In this document: positions 35,298 to 44,657 of the stretch, piece by piece | Layout of the letters: each line of letters starts with the position of its first letter | Numbering within the stretch: position 1 is the stretch's first letter | Assembly: GCA_038207515.1 (NCBI GenBank) | Contig: JBBQZR010000028.1 | Coordinates: forward strand, 2,308 to 66,307 | DNA length: 64,000 bases | Origin: Lysobacterales bacterium | Lineage (GTDB): Bacteria > Pseudomonadota > Gammaproteobacteria > Xanthomonadales > Rhodanobacteraceae | Reading direction: 5' to 3' | The notes under the pieces: generated by a model | Told to the model about the DNA's origin: nothing | What the model saw: only the letters and a program-made list of their open reading frames with translations | Database searches by the model: none | Program-made: the position numbers and the translations under genes

Positions 35298-36146
35298 ATG
35301 AATACCGCCGACAGTACCCGCGACGACGTTCTGACCGACTTCCAGGCGCGCACGCTGACGCTGGATGGCCTGAGCAAGCGCGTCTACGTGTCGGGTTCTG
35401 GCCCCGGTGTCATCGTGCTTGCGGAGATGCCCGGCATCAGCCCGCACGTGGCGCGCTTTGCGCGCTGGGTGCGCGACGACGGATTCACCGTGTACCTGCC
35501 ATCGCTGTTCGGTGTGGATGGCGCGGTGCCGCGTGCCGACGAAGGGTTGGCCGTGCTGCGCCGTGCCTGCGTCAGCGCCGAGTTCCACGCGTTGGCCGGA
35601 CGCGGCGCCAGTCCCGTCACGGCATGGCTGCGCGCGTTGGCGCGCCACGCGCTTGAGGAATGCGGCGGACCGGGCGTCGGTGCGGTCGGCATGTGCTTCA
35701 CGGGCAACTTCGCGTTGTCGATGATGCTGGAACCCGCGGTGCTCGCCCCCGTGCTGGCGCAGCCGTCGTTGCCGCTAGATGATCCCGCCGCGATCGAAAG
35801 CGATGCGGAGGAACTGACCGCGATCAGGACGCGGCTCGAGCGCGAGGACCTCACCGTTCTCGCCTACCGGTTCGATGGCGACCGTCATTGCCGCGCCGAA
35901 CGCTTTGCAGCGTATCGCGCGGCGCTTGGAGAACGTTTCGTCGAACAGGTTCTTGCCGACACGGCCGCGAATCCCGACCCGCCGCCGTTCTTCAAGCACA
36001 TCGTCGCGAGCCCGCACAGCGTGCTGACCGCGCACCTGATCGACGCGGCCGGCGAACCCACCCTGCGCGCGCGCGATGAGGTGCTGGCTTTTCTGCGGCG
36101 CCGCCTCTACGGCACGCCACTCTTCGACGCGGAGACCCTCCTGTGA
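35298..36146 (+). CDS. Dienelactone hydrolase family protein
   Basis: PGVIVLAEMPGI, GAVGMCFTG nucleophile elbow, HSVLT. Confidence 0.88.
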   Translation: MNTADSTRDDVLTDFQARTLTLDGLSKRVYVSGSGPGVIVLAEMPGISPHVARFARWVRDDGFTVYLPSLFGVDGAVPRADEGLAVLRRACVSAEFHALAGRGASPVTAWLRALARHALEECGGPGVGAVGMCFTGNFALSMMLEPAVLAPVLAQPSLPLDDPAAIESDAEELTAIRTRLEREDLTVLAYRFDGDRHCRAERFAAYRAALGERFVEQVLADTAANPDPPPFFKHIVASPHSVLTAHLIDAAGEPTLRARDEVLAFLRRRLYGTPLFDAETLL

Positions 36147-37048
36147 GCATTGGCTTCATCGGCATCGGCCATATGGGTTTGCCCATGGCGCGCAACCTGC
36201 TGAACGCGGGGACGCCGCTGACGGTATGGAACCGCTCGCCGCGCAAGGGCGAGGAACTCGAGCCGCTCGGCGCCATTCGCGCGCGATCCCTCGACGATCT
36301 GTTCGCACACTGCGACATCGTATTGATGATGCTGCTCAACGAATCCGCGATCGATGACGTGCTGGCGCGAGGCACACCGTGCTTCGCCGCGCGTATCGAC
36401 GGCACGACACTCGTCCATCTCGGAACTACGTCGCCCGAATATTCCGCTGCACTGGCGCACGACGTTCACGCCGCGGGTGGTTCGTACGTGGAGGCGCCCG
36501 TGTCGGGCTCGCGCGTGCCCGCCGAGGAAGGCCGTCTGGTCGGCATGGTCGCGGGCACCGACGACGCCGTGGAACGCGTGCTGCCGTTGCTCGCGCCGAT
36601 GTGCGCGAGCGTGTTCCGCTGCGGCGACGTGCCCGGCGCGCTGCGCATGAAGCTGGCCGCGAATCATTTTCTGATCGGCATGGTGACCGTGCTCGCCGAA
36701 ACCGTACACGCGGCGCGGCTCTCCGGCGTGAACATTGATACTTTGCGACAGGTGCTCGACGCCGGTCCGATGGCCAGCGCGGTGTCGCGCATCAAGCTCG
36801 ACAAGCTCGTGCGGGATGACTTCTCCGCGCAGGCCGCGGTCCGCGATGTCGCCACGATTGCGCGCCTCGTCACCGCGCAGTGCGAGCGTGCCGCAGCCGA
36901 TGCGCCGCTGATCCGGCGCTGCGCCGAACTCTTTCGCGCGGCCGACGCAGCCGGGCACGGCGAACACGACATGAGTGCCGTGATCCATGCCTTCGCAACA
37001 CAGGTTTTCGCCGAGGCTGCGGCTGCCGTCGAGGTGCGCGCCGGGTAG
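36143..37048 (+). CDS. NAD(P)-dependent oxidoreductase, 3-hydroxyisobutyrate dehydrogenase family; C-terminus runs into antisense M13 remnant
   Basis: GFIGIGHMGLPMA, WNRS, EAPVSGS, MKLAAN; GTGA overlap with the upstream gene. Confidence 0.9.
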   Translation: MSIGFIGIGHMGLPMARNLLNAGTPLTVWNRSPRKGEELEPLGAIRARSLDDLFAHCDIVLMMLLNESAIDDVLARGTPCFAARIDGTTLVHLGTTSPEYSAALAHDVHAAGGSYVEAPVSGSRVPAEEGRLVGMVAGTDDAVERVLPLLAPMCASVFRCGDVPGALRMKLAANHFLIGMVTVLAETVHAARLSGVNIDTLRQVLDAGPMASAVSRIKLDKLVRDDFSAQAAVRDVATIARLVTAQCERAAADAPLIRRCAELFRAADAAGHGEHDMSAVIHAFATQVFAEAAAAVEVRAG

Positions 37049-37305
37049 TGGCGCGACGCTGGAATATTGCGCCACCAGCACGTCGGCCTTGGCGTCGAAC
37101 GCGGCGCGCGCTTCCGTCGTCCACCAGTCGCCCAGGTTGCCCTTGTCGTCGAAGCGCGAGCCCTGGTCGTCGAAGCCGTGCGCCATCTCGTGGCCGAGCA
37201 CCGCGCCGATCACGCCGAAGTTCACCGCGCTGTCGGCGCTTACGCTACGCGGGCACCTGCAGCAGGCCGGGAACGTCAGGGCGTTGAGCGGCGGACTGAC
37301 GCATT
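37001..37305 (-). pseudogene. Second M13 peptidase fragment around the HExxH motif
   Basis: PLNALTFPA / LLQVP / SADSAVNFGVIGAVLGHEMAHGFDDQGSRFDDKGNL...GENL; 37001-37205 is a near-identical direct copy of 29122-29326. Confidence 0.85.
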
Positions 37306-37383
37306 CGACTGGTAAAACCGATGATGTCAGCTACGCCATCGCCAATGCCTTTTTTACGCCAGGCAACAACCAAGGAGATATGC

Positions 37384-38499
37384 ATGTCCGCCGTGACCAT
37401 ACGAACGGGCGAAATCGTGGCGACTCGATTATTCGATGTTTCCTACGCCATCGACCTCGCCACGGCCGAAGCCCTGTGGGCCAAGCATGTCGGCACTGCC
37501 GGCAGTCGCGGCCGCCTGAACACGGCTGCGCCCAAGGCCGTCTCGTTCAATGTACCGCCCCTGGAGGTGCCACTTGGTGAGACGACGATCGAGCTCGCTG
37601 CCCTCGCCACGCAGGCAGTGCTCAGCGCGAGACTCTACGATTTCGGTGTAGTCGCGTTGTCGGCACGCGTCCCTGTCCGTGACCTGTCGTGGACCGAGTT
37701 CTCCGCCAGTTGCAACGAGCTCGACCGCGTGATCGGCCCGTCATCTGAGGCGGTGCTGTGGAAGAGCCTGCTCGACCAGGTGCGGGAGATCATCGCCCCT
37801 GCGCTCGAACGCCCCGGTCCGTCGCTGCTGCAGGAGGACTACCTGCTTTGCGTGGTACATACGCTCGCGCAACCGCTGAGCGGCGCTGAGCTTCAGAAAA
37901 CCGTCGATTTGGCCGCCCTGTTGTCGGGCGAATCAAGGCCCCTGTCGGACGACGCCTCGCGGGATATTTTGCGGCGCAGTTTTTCCTACTACACCGACGA
38001 TCTCGTTGTGCTCACCTGGGACCGCGCCTTCATCTACGAGCCGCGCGGTGATTCCGATGTGATTGACGTCATCGAGATCGCGAATGCGCAGCTCGTCGAG
38101 CTCCGCTACTACGATGAGCTGCTCGACGACGAGCTGCCGCTGATGTATGACCGCGTTGAAAAGGCGCGCGGGGCTACCTCACTGCTCGCTTCACGCCGAT
38201 TCGCCCACCTCGCCAGACGCCTGTATACGATGGTGGCGGAAGTTACCGAGCTGACCGAAAAAGTCGACAACGCCTTGCAGGTGACCGAAGACGTCTATCT
38301 GGCGCGCGTCTACACGGCGGCGTTGGATCTGTTTCGTGTACCGAGCGTCAGCGCAGCAGTCGACCGCAAGCTCGCCATCATCCGCGATACCTATTCAGCG
38401 CTTTACGAAGAAGCGTCGAGCCGGCGCGCTGAAGTACTTGAGATTGCCATCACCTTGCTGATCGCGCTGGAGATCGGGATTGTCGTGTTCCAGCACTAG
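37384..38499 (+). CDS. RMD1/DUF155-like hypothetical protein with C-terminal TM helix
   Basis: AAGGAG RBS; LRYYDELLD...ELTEKVDN...D.YLARVY...R....DRKL...LEIAITLLIALEI resembles this family. Confidence 0.55.
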   Translation: MSAVTIRTGEIVATRLFDVSYAIDLATAEALWAKHVGTAGSRGRLNTAAPKAVSFNVPPLEVPLGETTIELAALATQAVLSARLYDFGVVALSARVPVRDLSWTEFSASCNELDRVIGPSSEAVLWKSLLDQVREIIAPALERPGPSLLQEDYLLCVVHTLAQPLSGAELQKTVDLAALLSGESRPLSDDASRDILRRSFSYYTDDLVVLTWDRAFIYEPRGDSDVIDVIEIANAQLVELRYYDELLDDELPLMYDRVEKARGATSLLASRRFAHLARRLYTMVAEVTELTEKVDNALQVTEDVYLARVYTAALDLFRVPSVSAAVDRKLAIIRDTYSALYEEASSRRAEVLEIAITLLIALEIGIVVFQH

Positions 38500-38731
38500 G
38501 GACGTTCTGAACAGGTCCTGGAACTACGGGTCTCGTACTCAGCGCCCGATCTCCACAACCCGCCAAACGCCGGCGCTTCGGCGACTCGGCATACGCGTAC
38601 GCGAGCAATCACAGGCGTCCGGCAACGGCCGCGCCAAGGGAGCGAGACCCAATGATCCATAGCGGTCGACGGGTGCATGACAGCGAAGAAATCGCTACTG
38701 TTGCTGCTTGCGTCCCTGCGTACGTGATGCC

Positions 38732-39592
38732 ATGAATGACCGCTTGCTCACGCAGCCATCCGGCGATTCCGTTGAGCCTGCGGACCTGGGTACCGCCTTG
38801 CAGGCGACCCTGCTCGCGCACCTCTACCGGATTGATGAGCATTTGAAGCACCGCGGCCGGCATCCGCACGGAGCGATCCATCAGGTACGCAAAGCGGTAC
38901 GCGGGTTCCGATCGATTCTTGCGCTCTGTGTGAGCGTCCATCCTGGCATGCTCTCCCGAGTGGATGCGAGCATTCGCGGCATCGGCAAGAAGCTGTCGCG
39001 GTTGCGCGACGCGCATGTCGCGGCCGAGACAGTCACTGCGATGCGCCAGCAAAGCGACAAAGGTGAACTTTGGCGCGACGCGCGTACCGCACTGAAGAAG
39101 GCGCGGGACGATCTACTGACGAGGATGCTTGCCGACGACCCCGCCTTTGCGCGATTGCGCAAGCGCGCGGTGGCTGGTGCCGAGAAGGTGGTAGCCGTGT
39201 CATTCAGCGCGCTGACCTGCGAGGAAGTGGTGCTTGCCCTGCGCGAGAGCGCCGCGCGCATGCGCAAGGCCGAACGCGACGCGAAAGAGAGTCCGCGTCC
39301 CGCTGCGCGCCACCGGTGGCGCCGGCGAGTTCTTCGGCTGCGCCTGCAACTGGAATGTTTCGAAGAGATCGCGCACGACGACGCGGTGCCGGCCGCCGTG
39401 CGCGTTGAAGCCCGGTGGGTGCTCGGCGAAGCATTGGACACCATGCCGTCGGCGGCGATACTGACCAGCCTTGCCGACAAGCTCGGCGCGCAGCAAGACC
39501 TCGCCGGACTCAAGGCCGCTCTGCGGCGCCAGGACGACTTACCGTTCCGCGATGAGTTGCTCCATTCCCTTGAACGGCGCCGCGCCACCTGA
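38732..39592 (+). CDS. CHAD domain protein (putative polyphosphate binding)
   Basis: AIHQVRKAVRGFRSIL, LSRLRDAHV, RHRWRRRVLRLR, LGAQQD. Confidence 0.85.
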   Translation: MNDRLLTQPSGDSVEPADLGTALQATLLAHLYRIDEHLKHRGRHPHGAIHQVRKAVRGFRSILALCVSVHPGMLSRVDASIRGIGKKLSRLRDAHVAAETVTAMRQQSDKGELWRDARTALKKARDDLLTRMLADDPAFARLRKRAVAGAEKVVAVSFSALTCEEVVLALRESAARMRKAERDAKESPRPAARHRWRRRVLRLRLQLECFEEIAHDDAVPAAVRVEARWVLGEALDTMPSAAILTSLADKLGAQQDLAGLKAALRRQDDLPFRDELLHSLERRRAT

Positions 39593-39618
39593 GCGGATAG
39601 AAGCTATCCGCTCAGGTG
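39586..39618. terminator. Perfect 15-bp hairpin between convergent CHAD and pstS genes
   Basis: CACCTGAGCGGATAG-AAG-CTATCCGCTCAGGTG. Confidence 0.7.
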
Positions 39619-39628
39619 ACTCCAGGCG

Positions 39629-40642
39629 TCAGTGTTTCCACGAATCCTTGACCAGGCCGACGAGACCCGGCGGCAACGGCGTGTAGCCCAGCGAATCGGC
39701 GATTTCACCACCGCGATCCAGCGCCCAGCCGAAGAACAGCAACGCGGCGCGACCTTCCTGCGATTTCTGCACATCGCGCGGCATCACGATCCACGTACTC
39801 GCTGCGATGGGCCAGGTGTCAGCACCCTGGATGCCGACCAGCAGCAGATTGAATTCCGAGGCACTGCGCCAGTCAGCCGATTCGAGGGCGTTGCGAATCG
39901 TAGTCTGGGTCGGCGAGATGGCGCGCTCGGGCGTTGCGAACAAATTCACGATCTGAAGTTCGTGCTGGAGTGCGTAGCCGTATTCGACATAGCCGATAGA
40001 AAACGGCGTTTGCGAAACGAGCTGCCCAACACCGACATTCCCTTCAGCCGCGATGCCCACCGGCCATTTGACCGTCTTTCCCGTGCCGATGGCGGTGGAC
40101 CATTCGGGGCTGATCTTGGAGAGATAGGCGGTAAAGTTGTACGTAATGCCTGAGCTGTCGCTGCGACGCACGACAATGATCGGCTCGTCCGGCAATGTGA
40201 AGTTGCTATTGGCTGCAACCAATGCCGGATCACTCCAGCGGGTAATCGTGCCCTGGAAGATCTGCGCCAGCAGCGGTCCGGTCAGTCGGACACGTTTGCG
40301 CCCCGCGCCGCGCATATTGGTCACCGGCACGATGCCGCCCGCCACGACAGGAAACTGCCGAAACCCTCCGGCCTTCAATTCCTCGCTTTTCATCGGCGCA
40401 TCGGTGGCCGCGAAATCGACCTTGCCCGCTTTCAACTGATCGATGCCCGCACCGGAACCTACGCCCGCATAGGCGACTACCGCGCCCTTCTGCTGCGACC
40501 ACTGCGCCGCCCATTTTGTCAGCACCGGCTCGACGAAGGTCGAACCCGCGCCGGTTATCTTCTGGCCCGCAGCATTGGCGAACCCGGCACCGCACATGAA
40601 CAGGAACAACCCCGCGACAGCGTTGCGAACGACAACATTCAT
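39629..40642 (-). CDS. pstS: Phosphate ABC transporter substrate-binding protein (orphan)
   Basis: TGAGSTF, Y.GVGSGAGI, VDFAATDAP, RSDSSGIT.NFT.YL, GYVEYGYA, WPIAASTW; no pstCAB adjacent. Confidence 0.93.
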   Translation of the reverse strand: MNVVVRNAVAGLFLFMCGAGFANAAGQKITGAGSTFVEPVLTKWAAQWSQQKGAVVAYAGVGSGAGIDQLKAGKVDFAATDAPMKSEELKAGGFRQFPVVAGGIVPVTNMRGAGRKRVRLTGPLLAQIFQGTITRWSDPALVAANSNFTLPDEPIIVVRRSDSSGITYNFTAYLSKISPEWSTAIGTGKTVKWPVGIAAEGNVGVGQLVSQTPFSIGYVEYGYALQHELQIVNLFATPERAISPTQTTIRNALESADWRSASEFNLLLVGIQGADTWPIAASTWIVMPRDVQKSQEGRAALLFFGWALDRGGEIADSLGYTPLPPGLVGLVKDSWKH

Positions 40643-40931
40643 GAGATACGCCCCCTGAGGCATGCGGCAGTTGCCGCGGGGCGGAGGGTGCCCCCAAATT
40701 GTTGCGTTGCAGTGTCGGGCCTGTTCAGGAACGAGCGCTTTCCGCTAGGTTCCGAGACACGTTGAAAATAGGGGCAAAAAATCGCCCGAGGTCGCGAATC
40801 CGCAAACACGCTCGTCATCCACATATCCCGCCCCATAGAACACGTCACAACCTGTTGCCTGCCCCCGCTGTCGCGCGCACCTCGCCCGTAGGTATCCTCA
40901 AACCCCGGCACCGCAAAGTGCGAGGCGCGAC

Positions 40932-41870
40932 ATGTGCTACAGCGCCATGGTCTGGCAGGACTACCACGCGTTCACGCGGCGCTTCGGTGCGCGGCTGAGC
41001 ATCGAAGACTTCGTCCGCCTGTTCGAAGTGCGCGAGAACGGTGGCAAGGTCAAGATTCCCAAGGGGATGGAAGCCGCGTTCTCGAATGCCGGCGAAGAAG
41101 GCGAAAAGCGGATCTTCGATCTGGTCCGTCGCTACCGTGACCAGCAATCCAGCACGCACATGGCCGAGCTGATCAAGCAGCGCGAGCGACTGCAGCTCGC
41201 GCAGGAAGCATTGGCCCGCAAGCCGACCAAGAAGGCGACCGACGAGGTCCGCATCGCCGGCAACAAGATCGCGGCGGCGCAGCGCAAGATCGCCGACCTC
41301 GACCGCACCGACGAGGAGCCCCGCGATTCGCGCATCTACCCCGGCGACTATGCGCCGGTGATGATCATGCAGGGCGGTGAACGCCTGGTCGTGCCGATGC
41401 GCTACCAGTGCCGCGTGGCGGGCAAGCCGGCCAACTACGACGAGCGGTTTCCCGGCACTTACAACGCGCGGCGCGACAATCTGGAAGGGTTCTGGCGCGA
41501 CCTGTTCGGTCGCAGCCATGGCGTGGCGGTCGTGCAGCGGTTCTACGAATACGTCGAACGCATCGGCCCGGACGGCAAGCCCTACAGCCAGGTCCTCGAG
41601 TTCACGCCCGCCGACGGGCAGGAACTCCTGATCGCCTGCCTCTGGTCCCGCTGGACCGGCGCCGACGGCGAGGAACTGCTGTCCTTCGCCGCGATCACCG
41701 ACGACCCGCCGCCGGAAGTGATCGCCGCCGGCCATGACCGCTGCATCATCCCGATCAAGGCCGAACACCTGGATACCTGGCTGTCGCCCGACGCGCACGA
41801 CCTCGATGTGCTGCACGCCATCCTGGACGACCGCGTGCGGCCGTACTACCAGCATCGCGACGCCGAGTAG
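40932..41870 (+). CDS. SOS response-associated peptidase (SRAP/YedK/HMCES family)
   Basis: MCYS (catalytic Cys2), YNARRDNL, FYEY, AAITDDPPPEV..AGHDRC; coiled-coil insertion. Confidence 0.9.
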   Translation: MCYSAMVWQDYHAFTRRFGARLSIEDFVRLFEVRENGGKVKIPKGMEAAFSNAGEEGEKRIFDLVRRYRDQQSSTHMAELIKQRERLQLAQEALARKPTKKATDEVRIAGNKIAAAQRKIADLDRTDEEPRDSRIYPGDYAPVMIMQGGERLVVPMRYQCRVAGKPANYDERFPGTYNARRDNLEGFWRDLFGRSHGVAVVQRFYEYVERIGPDGKPYSQVLEFTPADGQELLIACLWSRWTGADGEELLSFAAITDDPPPEVIAAGHDRCIIPIKAEHLDTWLSPDAHDLDVLHAILDDRVRPYYQHRDAE

Positions 41871-41928
41871 CCATCGCAGCGCATGAGACGCACCTGCGCA
41901 CAATCGCCCGCACCCACCCGGAGGCGCC

Positions 41929-42135
41929 ATGGAACCTACCCCTGAAGGCAGGCGGCGCTATGCCGACGACGCCGGGCACTATCGCCCGGCACGCATACCC
42001 GAGACCCGCGTCGCCTGCCGCTGCACCGAATCCTGCCGGCATCCGTGCCTTGGCCGCTGCGGCTGCGCCGCCTGCCTGGCCGCGTTCGAGGACTGGGACA
42101 GTTTCGGATGCCTGCATCAGCCGGACGGTCCGTAG
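41929..42135 (+). CDS. Small Cys-rich protein (68 aa, 8 Cys)
   Basis: GGAGG RBS; ACRCTESCRHPCLGRCGCAAC...GC. Confidence 0.55.
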   Translation: MEPTPEGRRRYADDAGHYRPARIPETRVACRCTESCRHPCLGRCGCAACLAAFEDWDSFGCLHQPDGP

Positions 42136-42495
42136 CGCCGCAGGCAGGGTCGATTCACCGGCTGCATTCAGCGAGCGAGCCTCCCCGCCACGCACAGGCC
42201 CGGTACCGCCAGCGCCACGGCCTGCGCGGTGCACCACGCGGGCAACGCGAGTGGCATGAACGCCCCATTTCCGGTTAGCGCTAGCCAGTGACCCGGGCTA
42301 TTGCACGACATCAGCGACGCGTCACGCCCTTCCAGAGCAACAAGCCGACGGCAGTGGCCAAGCGCAACCGCGAGGGCCCCGCACTCTCGGGATGGTGAGA
42401 GGTTCCAGATCATGGTGACAGAAGCATGGTCAGGTCCGGCCTACCGACGTCGACGTGAGTGGTGCCAGGCGAACAAACTGGATTCGGAGATGATC

Positions 42496-43842
42496 ATGCG
42501 CGTCTATCTGGCGCTGGCAGTACTGATGTTGCTGGCGGGATGCGCCAGCGGCATACATAGCTCAAGGCAGATTCTCGTCGCGGACGAGTCCGATTCGTTT
42601 GCCGGCGCGGCGGGCTACTGGGAGACAACCAACGGTAAGCTCGTCGCATTGATCGAAGACGAGTCGACAGGAGCGTTTTTCAAGGACTACGTATACAAGC
42701 TCACGTTCCTGTCATCGGATGGCGGCGAAGCGCAGATTCGAGTAAAGCGACGTAACTCGACCTACGCCGTGCAAGCTTGCGTCAACGACAAGACCGAGCC
42801 AAAAAAGGTCGCCTGCTTTTTCGTACATGCGATGTGGAAGCAGGCAGGTCAGCTAATGACTATCTCAACCACAGCAGACGAGAATCTGTCTGCAGAAGTC
42901 AAGGACAGTTTAGGCAGCTTGTATATCCAGGCAAGCGACAAAAACAGCATCAAGCTGCCCGACGAATTCGTCAGTTCGAAGGGAAAGGCTCTGTTGGCAG
43001 CAATTGCTGGAATCCAGCCCCGTCCCGGGGGGAGCGGAAATGTTGTCGACGCTCGGAAAATAACAGGTGAGCAGGCCCGGGCCCGGGTTGCGCAGAATGC
43101 CGAAGCGGAAAGAAAAGAAAAGGCGGAGAAGGCAGCACGAGAAGTGGAGCGCAAGAAGCTTGCTGACGCTGAGAAGGCTGCAGCTGAAAAACTGGCGGCC
43201 GAGCAAGCAATATTGGCTGAACGCGCCAAATACGGCATCAATTTTTGCAACAAGTCAGTTGAGGATCTCTATTTCGCTTATGGGCGGCTTGAAGGCTCAG
43301 CTTGGGAAACTATCGGATGGTACGAACTGAAAGTCGGCACCTGCAGGGTCTTGGAGAAGGGACGCGAGATATCCGGAAAGACGTTCTACGTACATGCCAA
43401 GGGAAATCGTGGGAGCACCTGGGGAGAGAAATACATTTTGTGCGTTCATCCGAGCGCTGCCTTCGCGATAAAGGGCAACGAGAACTGCAGCGCTCGCGGA
43501 TACAGTCAGGCCAAGTTTTTTTCCGTCAATGTCAAGAACGGCGACAATCAGGCTGAACAAAGCTTCACGGGTGGAACGCCCAGCAAGATGGCGAGTCTCG
43601 CGGTCGGTGACGGCGTGTACGTTCGAGGGTTTCTTTCCGACGAGCTGGGCTATATCGCCGGTCTTGATGCAGCCAACAATCGCGTGAAGGTGAGGCGCGC
43701 GGAAGATGGGACCACGATTTGGGTCGATGAGAGCCGTGTGATAACACGAGAGGAGTCTCGCTTGAATGACGTAGGGCGAGTAGTCGGCGGTGCTGCGTTG
43801 TTGTATTGCCTGTTCAATCCGGATGAATGCAAGAAGAAGTAG
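42496..43842 (+). CDS. Lipoprotein with coiled-coil linker, DUF1036-like domain and C-terminal SH3-like segment
   Basis: Lipobox LLAGC; FCNKS...W.TIGWY.L..G.C...FYVHA...WG...LCV...C..RGY is DUF1036-like; AT-richer than the flanks. Confidence 0.75.
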   Translation: MRVYLALAVLMLLAGCASGIHSSRQILVADESDSFAGAAGYWETTNGKLVALIEDESTGAFFKDYVYKLTFLSSDGGEAQIRVKRRNSTYAVQACVNDKTEPKKVACFFVHAMWKQAGQLMTISTTADENLSAEVKDSLGSLYIQASDKNSIKLPDEFVSSKGKALLAAIAGIQPRPGGSGNVVDARKITGEQARARVAQNAEAERKEKAEKAAREVERKKLADAEKAAAEKLAAEQAILAERAKYGINFCNKSVEDLYFAYGRLEGSAWETIGWYELKVGTCRVLEKGREISGKTFYVHAKGNRGSTWGEKYILCVHPSAAFAIKGNENCSARGYSQAKFFSVNVKNGDNQAEQSFTGGTPSKMASLAVGDGVYVRGFLSDELGYIAGLDAANNRVKVRRAEDGTTIWVDESRVITREESRLNDVGRVVGGAALLYCLFNPDECKKK

Positions 43843-43862
43843 ATCGGGCAGCCTGAGGAAGC

Positions 43863-43965
43863 GGGGTCAGGTTAACTTCCAGAACGCTCTGTTCAGCGGC
43901 ACGTGGTTACCGCCAGCGACGTTCCATTGACACCGTTCGCGCCACTCCACAGTGAACCTGACCCC
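43863..43965. repeat. Inverted pair of GGGGTCAGGTT(A/C)ACT REP-like motifs
   Basis: GGGGTCAGGTTAACT 43863-43877 and AGTGAACCTGACCCC 43951-43965 (one mismatch). Confidence 0.7.
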
Positions 43966-44033
43966 TTGCAGCCACTGCTTGCAGTAACCTCACAGCCGTG
44001 CGCGGAACAGCCTCCGTGATCAAAGGTCGCCTG

Positions 44034-44492
44034 ATGAGATCGCTGATGGTTTCACTCTTGCTGTTGGTCGCCGTGCCGATGTTCTCGCCGCCGGTTCGCG
44101 CGGAAACCGAAACCGCATCCGTACGCAACGTCGGCAAGTCCGATCCGCTGCGCAAGCCGCTGCTCGATGCGTTGCGTGGACCGGTGGAGAAGGACCTGGG
44201 TCAGCCGGTGCAGTTCGTCGTCAGCCTCTTGCGCGTGCAAGGCGCGTGGGCGTTTGTCATCGCGACTCCGCAGACAAAAGCCGGCCACCCGATCGACTAT
44301 GCCCGGACGCACTACGCGCAGGCGATCGCCGACGGCGTGTTCGATGGGGGCACAGTGTTCGCGCTGCTCAAGTCGGACGCGGCCGCCTGGTCGGTCAAGG
44401 AGTTCGTCATCGGCCCGACTGACGTCGCCTTCCTCGCGTGGCCGGAGCAACACGGCGCACCGGCGTCACTGTTCGAGCTTCCGTTTGACTGA
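44034..44492 (+). CDS. Small secreted hypothetical protein
   Basis: Signal peptide MRSLMVSLLLLVAVPMFSPPVRA; RKPLLDALR, WAFV, W.VKEFVIGPTDV; normal codon usage. Confidence 0.75.
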   Translation: MRSLMVSLLLLVAVPMFSPPVRAETETASVRNVGKSDPLRKPLLDALRGPVEKDLGQPVQFVVSLLRVQGAWAFVIATPQTKAGHPIDYARTHYAQAIADGVFDGGTVFALLKSDAAAWSVKEFVIGPTDVAFLAWPEQHGAPASLFELPFD

Positions 44493-44657
44493 CGAACGAT
44501 TCGGCGTGTGGCGCTGAGTCGGCGCGCTACGCTTTTGGCCTTGCCAGCCACTTCAGTACTTCCCCGATCGCGACACGCCCTTCCCCGCCGATCGCGACCG
44601 TAACGTCGTCAATGGCCGCCGGATCGTTTCCGCTCGGCGTGGCGTGCGTTTTCCGAC

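Noticed and set aside
40760-40790. AAAATAGGGGCAAAAA as an integrase arm-type site or prophage boundary
   Set aside because: Single short match with no integrase, tRNA or duplicated att core.
40643-40931. PHO box for pstS or LexA box for SRAP
   Set aside because: No convincing CTGTCAT direct repeats or CTGT-N8-ACAG palindrome found by eye.
44527-44650. Plausible-looking peptide tail (AAIDDVTVAIGGEGRVAIGEVLKWLARPKA) downstream of the halogenase
   Set aside because: No start or RBS in frame outside the halogenase gene and no family recognised; cannot support a gene or pseudogene call.
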